Positions 39,645 through 51,000 of a stretch of 64,000 nucleotides of DNA are shown in pieces (within the stretch, counting starts at the first letter, position 1; every line of letters begins with the position of its first letter). Source of the DNA: Phoronis australis (lineage: Eukaryota > Animalia > Phoronida); NCBI GenBank assembly GCA_002633005.1, contig NMRA01000036.1, positions 726,440 to 790,439 of the forward strand. The letters run 5' to 3'. The notes beneath the pieces were generated by a model. It was not told where the DNA came from. It worked only from the letters and a program-made list of their open reading frames with translations, and made no database searches. Made by a program: the position numbers and the translations under genes.

Positions 39645-41079
39645 AGAGTAACCTGTCATATTCAATAAAGCCGCTCAGTTCATACACAATGACAGTTTCA
39701 ACACTATCAAGTTAAGGAATCCTGCACAGCTGATAAGTGTTGATTTAAAGACTATTCACACATAGGAAAAAAACAGGCTGACAGCTTCAAACACTGCAAG
39801 TCAAAATTTTTACATTTTAAGACAAAACTGGAAAATCCAGCTTTCAAAACTCAAACCTAGGGGCACTGCTGCCATATTTTAGGGTTTTCTTGGTTATAAG
39901 GGTTAAAGGCGAAATCAAGGCAACCTTTTTCATGTCATTTTTAGCAAAGCGTTGATTATCCCAGACATATTTTTCATTTAATTACAGCTTTTTGTAATTT
40001 AAACAATTATCCTTTACTCGTTTTGGGAGGCAAGTATTTCATGCCAAATTCTTTTCATATAGTCTGACTGTGAGAGCTGCCGAGTCAGTCATTGTTCTAC
40101 CTCTGTTGTGATAAGTTCGGTCGTAGTTTGCTTTTGCTTACAAGTCAGTCAACATGTCCCACTGTAGCTGTGTAGCGAGATGTACTCATTATCGTCTCAC
40201 GGAGAGAGGAACAATTGTCCCACTTGCCCGAGTGTCCCACGACACACTCCCACTGGATGGTGACCTGAGCACACAAACTGCTTACATCCCGCTATGCGAC
40301 TCCCTCGCCACACACCCGGCACCTTCTAAATAGCTCCAATACTTTAGACAAATCCCCCCCCCCAAATCCGCCAATGAACCTAGCACACTTATGGCACATC
40401 TGTTTGCTGTGTAATAACGTATGTAGAACTCCCTATTTTACTATAATATAGTGTAGAGGTATGTTTTAAAACATTGGGTAGATAGAAATAAGCTCCCATG
40501 TGCTTGATCATATGTACCTCTAGTGCATGGTCAAGTGCAAAGAAGGGAGAAGTGCTGAGACCCTGGGGCCTTGGGCTATTAACAGCAGTCTAGCAGGCTG
40601 GCTCTGTTGGAGGATGGATGAACTATCTCAATGTTATGATCATAAAGCACTGCCATCTCCGATTATACAGCAATAGAACTCCCCTTGGTTCCGGAAGTAA
40701 GAAGGCGTGTTGTTTTCATTGACTAAGTTTTGGAATATCAGGTACATTTTTTCACAGGCCATGTCTCAGAAGCTGTCAATGTGTCTGACCGTGAAAATAT
40801 TCCCGATAACCACCATTTAAAAATATTGAAATTGAGGAAGTATCTTCAAGAAAGGCGACTCTGTACAGTTCAAAATTAACCCAACGGTTGCTTTACCACT
40901 CGCATATTTTCTTGTCGTTGACTCATTTTGGAAAGCGGATGAACTTTACAAGCAGCCACAGATGTTTATCTCAAGTTCATCAAACTTTCTCCCAATGGCT
41001 GGATGACATGGCGGCCCACTGTTCCGCAATACTTGCAATACACTGATAATAGTTCAAACATTGATTGCTTTATTATCAC

Positions 41080-42969
41080 ATGTTACATGGTGGCAACGGT
41101 GGCATATGATGGCTGAACCTGTGCACGGCATTAGGGTCTCCACCACCTTTGCAACTTGACTCTAATATCCCTAAGAATTGGAAACTTTCCCGCCAAAATG
41201 GCAAAATTATGAAATCATCAAGTTCAACCAATGCAACCAACAACATGGGGAAATATTCGAGGAAAATAAGAAACCTCATTAAAACCTGCACCTATTGCCA
41301 CCACTGCGTTGACTCCATATTGCAGAATCGCACAGTTTTGGGTGCTAAAGACAGAAACCTTCAAACCAAACTCCTTAAAACACCACATCAGTTTGGATCA
41401 AAGCATAGTAAATTGTAAGGCATTAGAGTGTGCCGCCACTCAAACTGTTGCTTTCCAATCGGAAATCGTTCACAGTAAGCGAAAACATGAGCTGATAATA
41501 TGCGGCTACTGCAGTTCAGAGCACATCAGGAACAAGAAAGTCTTTCCTGCATGGAAACAGTAGTGTCCCGAATGTCAGAAGATGCATCACTTTCCCCATG
41601 TTTTCAAGTCCCTTCCGGGGTCCAAACCTGCTCCCCGTAGAATGTACCAACTTGATCAAAGTGGCCCACCAACTGATACAGCTGGCATTGACATAGCTCG
41701 GGTGGAATGGCTTTACGCTTTAGACATGTGGCCACACGCAATCTATGCTGACATGATTGTGGAGGGGAAGACCGTTAACTTTTAAGTTGACCCAGGAGCT
41801 ACCGTCAACACCATGTTTTGTTGTTGAGCACTGCCTGCCAGGTTTATTCAAAAACACAAAATGCTAAACAAGAAGCAGCATACATGAACACACCATACAC
41901 GTACCTGCGAAATATGTCAACAAGTTTGAGCAGTATACTGGTCCACCCTTAGAGAACTGGAATGGGTACCAAGCCGAGCCCTGTGGGTAATGCCATACTA
42001 TTGTATATAGCCCAAGAATAGCAAATGATACTCATTAGAGTTTGTGGTTATTACAGATGACTGGCAGCCATTTCTGGGCTACAAAGCCTCACTATGTATG
42101 AACCCTGTTGAAATCAAGCATTAAAAAGTAGTAAACCAATGGCTCAACCTCTGGCCGACGAGTTCCAAGACATCTTCGACTTCACTATAGGCAGCCTGGA
42201 AAGCCCTGTCAAACTGCACATACAGGAGGGAGCTGCTCCAAAGGTCATGTCCACATGGCGCATCCCACTGTCATTAAAACCTCGACTACGAGTTGAGTTG
42301 GACAGATTAGAATGCCTGGGGATCATTGCAAAAGTTGATGAGCCTACTCACTGGGTGAGCCAGCTAGCCATCATCACTAAAAAGTCAGGTGAACTATAAG
42401 AATCTGCATAGTCCCTCGTGAACTAACAAGAGTCTCATCAGAGAACACTTCACCGTGCCAGTACTGAATGACCAAACACATGAACTTGGAAATCTAAAGT
42501 CTTCTCCAAAGCATTCCTCACATCAGGATTTTGGCATATTTCACTCGACGCAAAATAGAGACTGCTAACAACTTTCCAGACACCATTTGGCTTGTGTTAT
42601 TGCTGGAAGAGACTTCCCTTTTGCCTTGGTCTTTCAGTTTCATCTGAGTCATTCCAGAAAAAGCTGTTGAAGCACTGGACAGCTTCGATGGTATTGTCTG
42701 TATAGCTGACAATGTCAACATCCACGGGAAAGACGTCAAAGAACACGATGCCAACATGAGAGAATCCTTGCTGCAAGGCTGAGTGAGAGAAAGGCATCAA
42801 ACTGAATCTGCAGAAGTTTGAGCTAAGCTGTATTTATAATACATTCATGGGTCACAAGAATCAAGATAACCAAAGATGGTCTCTGCACTGATCCATAAAA
42901 GAGTAGAGCAATCGCAGAATTGACTCCACCATCTAACTTGGAGGAGTTTTGTCAATTTCTAGGTATGAT
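41080..42969 (+). mobile_element. Degenerate Ty3/Gypsy (Mag-like) LTR retrotransposon: PBS, gag, protease, RT
   Basis: ACA then PBS TGGTGGCAACGGTGG (tRNA-Leu-like); PPPLQLDSNIPKNWKL; two zinc-knuckle remnants; protease F*VDPGAT; RT ELDRLECLGII..EPTHWVS, SGFWHI, TTFQTPFG, IADN; many stops and frameshifts. Confidence 0.9.
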
Positions 42970-43096
42970 AATCGAACCAGCGACCCCCATAAAAGGCATA
43001 AAAGCGGCGAGCGTGCTAACCATTTTATTCAGCAATTACCCGTTAGCGAGTAGCTAACAAAGGCTAACATGATTCACCAGAAGCACATCTACAACA
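42970..43096 (-). repeat. tRNA-derived repeat, inverted and truncated copy; abuts the end of the Gypsy remnant
   Basis: atcgaaccagcgacccccataaaa...gttagcgagtagctaac...aagcacatctacaaca is the reverse complement of the family. Confidence 0.7.
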
Positions 43097-43646
43097 CTAC
43101 TTCTCAACTGTTGCCCCCCATCAGGCTCCGCTTCCATCATAGACTATAGTATCTATGCTTCCATCACATTAATCTGATTTAACTTACTCAGCACTGAATG
43201 ACAAACCACCTCTGTTAGTCTGTGTATATTGCCGTGTTGGCGCGGATCCAGTCAGATGGCAGTAGCATTTGTTGTTGTAATATTAAACGAACACGGGAGT
43301 GTTTTCACTTTACAATGCTTTTACAATAGGAAAAAGAGAATTTAATGCACGTTGATCCATCTATATTTTTTTCGATCTTATTTACTTATCAGTATCCGAT
43401 TGAGTTGCTGTTAAATTTTAGTTCGAATGTTACATATGTGAGCTTCATCTTTTTGTTTATCAACATCCGGTTAAGAAGAAAATATCCGTAAACGTAAAAC
43501 GGGATCTTGATCGTCTCTGGAAATGTTGCATTTGTGAAGAACCGTTACTTGTTCACGGTTTCCCTGAAAGTTCATGAGTAAGATAATTTCGAAGTAGTGT
43601 TATAAAGTTTCATTCTTTTATTTAGGACCTTGTCTGGTAATTCCCT

Positions 43647-43794
43647 AATGTTGTAGATGTGCTTCCGGTGAATTATATGAGCCTCTGTTAGCTACTCGCT
43701 AACGGGCAATTGCCTATTAGCTGATTGGTTAGCACGCTTGCAGGTTTTATGGGGGTCTCTGGTTCGATTCCCGGGTCGGGTAATCTCGGCTATT
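43647..43794 (+). repeat. tRNA-derived repeat (A box TAGCTGATTGG, B box GGTTCGATTCC) with 65-bp leader
   Basis: Near-identical to 44830-44977; imperfect cloverleaf at 43712-43781. Confidence 0.75.
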
Positions 43795-43912
43795 AATACA
43801 AATGACGTAGTCGGCAAACGGATGATCTACCGATGAAGCACTGCCAACTAGTATACTCGGGAACCCAATGGTCGTCCGCCTAAGCATAAAACCGACTTGC
43901 TGTTGTACTCAC

Positions 43913-44652
43913 CGAATTATTCCACTTCAAAGTTATGATCTGAATAGGATTCGATTTAACTCTCACAGATATACCGCATTCATCGATTCGGAAGTTTTCT
44001 TTAATTTGTGCCGAGTTATTTCAAATGTGCACTGCCTTCGGCAGCCATTTTATTGTGACACCTAAGTTCGTCATATGCTGCCCCCTTTTGTAAAAACTGA
44101 GAAACATGCAGAAAAAGGCCAACGAAGTAATGAAAATTGCAACAGCCTGTTTTTATTGACATAAACTCGATTTGAAGCTTTGATGTTGAGCTCTGCACTG
44201 TGGTTTCCAATAAAAGCCAATTGGACAACATTTCAATGCAGTTTAATGGTGAATGCGTGAGGCAAAAATGTTAAGAACCCAGCGTATCGCATTTGTCTGC
44301 GGATTTTTCCTTTGGCCTTCTAGATCCTACTAGTGCCTGGGACAAACAGATACATTGCATAAACAAACCCTGGATCATGTTTTGTGTCCCGTCGGAAGAA
44401 AATTTAAATTCGAAAACATCTTCTGAAAACGCACAAAAAAGTGTATTAGTAAAATCTACTGATTTTTAAGTGGTTTTAAAAAACAATCGGTAAACTCACC
44501 GATTTTTGTCTCATTACTTTGATACGTGTCTCTTCCGATAAGTTAGTACCTAACGTGCAGACGAGCACTCCAAATTGGAACGCTAAGTCCCGCGTGGTTG
44601 CGCTGCACGCGAAACAAGATGGCGGACGACCTTTGGAGCCTGACGACAATAG
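43913..44652. promoter_or_regulatory. Probable bidirectional promoter region: MED30 non-coding first exon (-) and TMEM82-like first exon (+)
   Basis: Minus-strand donor G|gtgagt at 43913/43912; YY1-like AAAATGGCTGC (-, ~44041-44051) and AAGATGGCGG (+, 44616-44625); locally CpG-rich. Inferred, no transcript data. Confidence 0.5.
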
Positions 44653-44829
44653 GTAACCGGACTAAACCTTTGGACCTCGGTACGGCGCGCGTGGAAGGTT
44701 CCAGGAGTCAAGGACCTGTATGAGAGACTACCTTGTGTTCACCTGCGCTGTGGTGGTAAAGGTACCAAGGGAGACATCCTGGTGTTCACCTAATTACTGG
44801 TCGCATACCCGTTCCGTAGGGAAGGAGGG

Positions 44830-44977
44830 AATGTTGTAGATGTGCTTCCGGTGAATTATATGAGCCTCTGTTAGCTACTCGCTAACAGGCAATTGCCTAT
44901 TAGCTGAATGGTTAGCACGCTTGCCGGTTTTATGGGGGTCGCTGGTTCGATTCCCGGGTCAGGTAATCACGGCTATT
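44830..44977 (+). repeat. tRNA-derived repeat, second direct copy
   Basis: Near-identical to 43647-43794; A and B boxes intact. Confidence 0.75.
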
Positions 44978-45091
44978 TCTACACTACGATTAATTGCCCG
45001 TTTGGCGCAGCACCGTCTTTAGGTACAAAGCTGTACAGTCAGCATACAGCTAGCTGGCTGGCTACACCGTCTTCAGAAGTGGTAGCCTAAT

Positions 45092-45214
45092 CTCACAGCC
45101 ACAAGCGTCCTCAACTTCTGATCGTCCCTAATGCACTATATATATGTGTGTGTGTATATATATGTAGTATTGTATAGTGCATTGAGACGATCAGAAGCTG
45201 AGGACGGCTGTGAG
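45092..45214. mobile_element. Small hairpin MITE with TA/TG microsatellite loop
   Basis: ctcacagcc..gtcctcaacttctgatcgtc..aatgcactata pairs with tatagtgcatt..gacgatcagaagctgaggacggctgtgag. Confidence 0.7.
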
Positions 45215-45324
45215 TAAGGCCCTTAGATTCTAATGGTAGAAGTCCAAAAAATGCTGTATTGGTCCTATCACAGATGGCAGAAATCATTTATCAGGAACGA
45301 GAGTTTTCGTTTTAACTGCCAAGA

Positions 45325-45402
45325 CACCCGACCTGAGAATGGGACTTGAACCAGTGGCCCCGATAAAACCGGGCATGCATGCTAACAACTCAGTTATTAG
45401 GC
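45325..45402 (-). repeat. Diverged tRNA-Lys(TTT)-like copy
   Basis: Reverse complement gcctaataactgagttgttagca..cccgGTTTTATcggg..ggttcaagtccc; anticodon-like stem with TTT. Confidence 0.55.
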
Positions 45403-45420
45403 TCCCTGTGATGCTGTCTC

Positions 45421-45840
45421 TGCTGTATGTGAACTTGGAATCTTGCTTAATCTCAAGTGTTGCGTGAACTGGGAATAGGTAACTTGAGAAGTTCACTCAA
45501 ATAATCACGTTCATGTTCATAAAAATTTGCAATGCACTAAATCAAGTTACATTTGAATAAAATAATGTCAATTTTAACCAATCTTTTCAACTAAGGGCGA
45601 TCAGTTTCACCAAACAATAATCAATTTAGCCATTCACATAATTATTCCTCCAGTTCAGCGACACAATTAGTTACAGTAAAGGAGAAAATGGTTGATCGCG
45701 AGGCCAATAATTACAAAAATTCTTTTCACTGAACAAAAATTTCACCTTTTTGCATTAAAGAATATTTAATTCCAAGTTCACGCAACACTCACTTCCCCTA
45801 AATCTTGAGATTAAGCAGGATTCCAAGTTCACGCACAGCA
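45421..45840. mobile_element. Non-autonomous TIR element with TG..CA ends and 5-bp TSD (Ginger/TDD-like, tentative)
   Basis: GTCTC at 45416-45420 and 45841-45845; ~55-70-bp imperfect inverted arms TGCTGT(A/G)(T/C)GTGAACTTGGAATC. Confidence 0.72.
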
Positions 45841-45881
45841 GTCTCCACTTTCACAAGAGTGGGTAAAGTTGAGATCACTGC

Positions 45882-46330
45882 CAGGCCATTATCCAGGATT
45901 TCGAAAATAGGGTTCCAAAATAGGGTTCCCAATATTCCAGGGCGTCCATAATTCCGACGCGTAACCCCCCACCCCCAGCAATCCCCCCAAACACAGATTT
46001 TTTTTACAAAAAATGCTTAGACCAAGGTTTTACATCTAAGTTTACAAAATAGCCTTCTGTAGTGAGCATTTTTAATAAAAAATTGGTGTAGACCAAGACT
46101 TTTACAATGCTATCAACCAAGTGTGAGCAAAGTATATACATTGTATATTTCTTCCTGCTTTGAAAAAAAAAAGCCCCCACTGAGCCTTCAGAGACTTCCT
46201 AGTAATCATTACAATGTGTGTGTCCAAACTTGAAAGGTTCCTATTGACAGTGGGCGTCCTTGCCAGAGCATCCATATTAGTGCTAGGGCGTCCAGTTGGA
46301 CGCCCAGGACATACGCTGCGTAAAGGCCTG
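45882..46330. mobile_element. hAT-type MITE (inverted sister of 14644-16386)
   Basis: TIRs CAGGCC(A/T)TTA; TSD ATCACTGC/ATCACTGT. Confidence 0.85.
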
Positions 46331-46513
46331 ATCACTGTCGTAGTCAGATGTTTTCAATAGGTGGTGCCAAATTTGGGTACTGATTTAGCGACCGTCCGGG
46401 ATGCGTGGTTCCCTCTCTCCATCGCAACAAAAAGTACATCTGTTTTTGTCCCTAGAAATCAATTTGCTTAATAACATTTGATAGTATTTTTTTTGTTTTT
46501 ATTACTTTATTTC

Positions 46514-46740
46514 TCAAAATATAACAAATACGTCAAGGAAATGTGTGCTCAAGACAACGTCAAGCATACACACACACACGCACATACTCACACACACATA
46601 CACACACACACGCACACTCAAAATATAACAAATACGTCAAGGAAATGTGTACTCCAGACAACGTCAAGCATACACACACACGCACACACATACACACACA
46701 CACACACCCTACACACAACTCACACACAACGTACACACAA
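46514..46740. repeat. Two-copy duplication of a ~50-bp unit plus (CA)n microsatellite
   Basis: caaaatataacaaatacgtcaaggaaatgtgt..gacaacgtcaagcat followed by (CA)n, twice. Confidence 0.9.
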
Positions 46741-47390
46741 AATAAAATCATGTTTCTTGCAGATAAGTAACAGGCTTCTCTAAACAATTTGATGAGGTTG
46801 AATTATTCTTCCCATTCAATACTTAATGTGGCCTTCAAAATATCATTTTATTTCATATTAAATAGTGTTGTGGAGTTAAAAAGAGTAGGTGTTTCTGAAT
46901 CTCATACCGTAGATGTCTCACGAAGTCAATTTCCACAAGCGCAATGATTAACAAGTCCACATGATACACATGTGGCCTCACTAACTAATCGCATCTTTTT
47001 CAGAACATTTTCTGTTTAAGCCTTTCTATGGATTAATAGTATTTGAAACTTCTAAAATAAGGAAGCAACAATAGTTTGTGTGAGAGAAAGTGAATTTGGC
47101 TGTGTTGTCTAAGGTAAATATCAAACTGTATTCTTTTCTGGAGGCAAAACAATTTTGTAAAAAATGTTTCTTGAAAACATAGTTTGGAAACACTCAACTT
47201 GAAAACTGCATTGTTCCCATTCTAAGCAGCGGTCAACCCACTTTACTAGTGACTTGAATATAATATGCACATCAGTTACTGAAAAACCATCATTTTCATG
47301 AGAATTTAAAGACTCCTTTTCTTAATTTGTGAGAGATTTATCGTGCCAAGCACAATTTATACTAAAGTATTTACTTTTGTTCTATTTGCG

Positions 47391-48072
47391 CTATCTGTCC
47401 CATTATTACTCATTACATAGACTATGTGTCCCATTATTACTCATTACATAGACTATGTGTCCCATTATTACTCATTACATAGACTATCTGTCCCATTATT
47501 ACTCATTACATAGACTATCTGTCCCATTATTACTCATTACATAGACTATCTGTCCCATTATTACTCATTACATAGACTATCTGTCCCATTATTACTCATT
47601 ACATAGACTATCTGTCCCATTATTACTCATTACATAGACTATCTGTCCCATTATTACTCATTACATAGACTATCTGTCCCATTATTACTCATTACATAGA
47701 CTATCTGTCCCATTATTACTCATTACATAGACTATCTGTCCCATTATTACTCATTACATAGACTATCTGTCCCATTATTACTCATTACATAGACTATCTG
47801 TCCCATTATTACTCATTACATAGACTATCTGTCCCATTATTACTCATTACATAGACTATCTGTCCCATTATTACTCATTACATAGACTATCTGTCCCATT
47901 ATTACTCATTACATAGACTATCTGTCCCATTATTACTCATTACATAGACTATCTGTCCCATTATTACTCATTACATAGACTATCTGTCCCATTATTACTC
48001 ATTACATAGACTATCTGTCCCATTATTACTCATTACATAGACTGTTCCATTAATACTCATTACACAGACTAT
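47391..48072. repeat. Near-perfect 31-bp minisatellite, ~22 copies
   Basis: Unit ctatctgtcccattattactcattacataga. Confidence 0.97.
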
Positions 48073-51000
48073 CTTAGACAGTGTGCTAATTCTGCTTGGC
48101 AATGATATACTTTGACTTTTCCCCAGCAGACATTTAGATATTTTTAAGTGATTAACTGTAAGTTGAAAATTTAAGAAATCCTTGTCTTGTTTACTATGAC
48201 TGAAAGGTCCGCCCAAGTTTTGGATTTGTGTGCCAATCCACTTGAAGTCATAAAGTGGGTCAGGACACTCTTTGACAACTAGCTGTAGTATAGGCCGGAT
48301 AATAACCCAAAGTGTTCTAAAAAATTTAGATAGTTTTTGCCAGAATTTTTAACTTGTAGAAATCAGCTGTATACTGGAGAATTTTTACTTTAATAAATTA
48401 CTATTTCATATGCAATTGACCAGAATTATGTTCCAGGAAAAATGATGAACCTGACAAGGAATCGCTGTGTTTCACGTCCCTTTCAGAAAATAACTGGGAA
48501 AACTATTTTGGTTTAGTATAAGTTATCAGCATCCATCATGTAAAAACCTGTCCAAAATTGAAAGCATTTGATGTTCGAAAAATAAACTCCCATTTTATTG
48601 ACTGTCTTGTGCTTTGAAAAAGTCTTAAAGTAGAACATGACCCAGACCATGAATATTATTTGTGTATTTAATAATATTCTGTTTTCCCATGATATTATTT
48701 AGAACTTTTGTGGTAGTTCCTAACAAGTCTTTTGTAATGATATTGGTCGCCAGTTATTGAGAGACTTGCTCGGCGTCATTATACTTAAAGCCTAACTTCA
48801 ACGGAATTTTAGATGTATTGGGCTAACCAGATAGTCCTGGCAAAGCCTTGGTAAAATAAGAAAACGGGCATTCGATCACGCAAATATAAGCCCGTCAAAT
48901 GATAGGTGAAACTGCCTTTTCGTACCATGTTGCGTCACCGTGAGATAACAGCACAAACAACAAAAGGCCGATAACAGTTGTATTGAATAGGGGTTTGAAC
49001 AGAACACCATTGGGTGCAGGTGTTATTCGCTGCTGTTTGAATTAAAAGGTGATTCTCGTGGTGACGTAGACAAAAGCAAGCCAATACGCCTAACAGTTCG
49101 TTACATTTGGCAATTTATGGCACTAGTTGGCTCAGAGCAATGCTCTTAACATACTGTAGGAACCAAATTTACAGGTGTTACCATTGCGGCGTTTTCTCGT
49201 TGATCCCAACCTGTTCAGTTCTGTAGCCCAACAACTTGGGAAGATGACCCCTGTAGCCAATATCTTACATGACTGATTAACTCCATTCTGGCATTTATGG
49301 TTGGAGGGCCAGCTGTCTTTTGTTTGATATTTGCTCTAATCTCCAGTAAGATCGGATCTAGCCTGACTGGGCTGTGCTGTTAAAAGTGAAAGTTAAGTTA
49401 TAACATATTTGAACATAAACCAACAGCATTTCTGAATTCCTCGTCAAATGCTGACCATGTTTAGTTTTTGAATTACCAAAATCACCCAACTACAACCAAA
49501 GTTACGACAATTTATTCTTTCCGAACATACTAATTCGCTCTGGGTTTGACTGTGTTCACACGTGGTCTGTAATAAACCTGGTAGATAACGTACTGGCCTG
49601 CCTGTTGTCATACCAGACAAAAGGCTGTGCTTGGCAGTTAACAAAGGAGCTAAATGTTATCACATGCTCACAACCGTCTGCCTGTAAAGTCACTATACGG
49701 GAGAACGCTGTAATGCGTTGAAGATAGGCTTTAAGCAGAAGCGTTATGGGTCCTTGTCTCTGTGGCCTACTATGATTCTCTTACAAAAAATATTTAAATA
49801 CTTCAAGTAAAGGCTTTTTGACTCCATGCCAGAAACTTTTATATAATTCATAATTTACCCCGTGCTTTCCTGGAGACACTATTGATTTTACAATTTTTTT
49901 AAAAAGCCAATTTGAGACTGACATGAAGACCTTTACTTAATCACCATAAGGTGCTCAAAGTAAGTAGCTTATTTATTAGCTGACTCTGGCGCTCCCTTGG
50001 TCACACTTGTGCGTTGAAGAAAATTCCAAGCTTACGGGCACTGAAAACCTTTATTGAACTGAATAGGTGGGGCCATAGTCCCCTTGTGCACAAACCGTAG
50101 ATATGCCAGTGGTTGAAATGAGCATGAGAACATGAAAACCATGCAGAGCAGCTACTGCACTGGTTGGGTTTTCAAATTTGCCTTATTCACCTTAGTTTTA
50201 ATTTTGATAAATATGTCTTGAAAGCTCTATTTGACATATTGGCTATATTTAAATGGCGCAGCAACAGTGGATTTACAGTTTTGATAATACAGTACATGCC
50301 AAAAGTATTCAGACAAATTGACCAACAGAATTCTCCATCATGACTGCTTGGTGGTAGCAGAACTCATCAGAGCCTCACTTTTTTCGTGGAAGTGAAATTG
50401 GGCCAAAGACACAAAATAAAGTTTTTGTGGTCATGTGTTGTGGTTTTGATATGAAACTACCAACAACTTTTCATATTGGTCATAGATTGAGTTTTTGGCT
50501 CAGTGGAATTTTGGTTCTGTACTTGTTAGTGCTTTGCATTTTTGCTATTTACAGAATTAGCCCTCATGAGAAACATCATTTTGTGTGTCAGGGTGGGGGG
50601 GTGCTACTAAGAGAGCTCCTGTGGCTTGGTGAACTGTCCTACTCCATGGCCAGTGAGTGGTTCAACAGTTTCGTGAGGTCACAAATGTTTTTTACTCCAT
50701 GGTCAGTCGTTCAACAGCTTGTGAGGTCACAAGTGACTCCAAGGTGTGACGTTTCAGGTTTTGTGATCTATTTTTCCAGATGTAGCTGTGTACACCATTA
50801 TGACAATTAAGCAAACTCCAATGTGGCAGCCTCACACAGCAGTCAGTTGAGTGTTGTATTATATTCATTCCAGATGTGACTGTTTAGGCCAGTATCATAA
50901 GCAGACTCCAAAGAAGTGGAAAAGCACAGAGTGCAAGACACAGTTGGGGGTCAATCATCACATAAGCTTGTCTGCAAGTCTTAACCACAACTGCTGGCAT

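Noticed and set aside
43712-43781. Functional tRNA gene
   Set aside because: Acceptor and anticodon stems pair poorly; treated as a tRNA-derived repeat
47391-48072. 31-bp array as a CRISPR array
   Set aside because: Head-to-tail repeats without unique spacers, eukaryotic context, no cas genes
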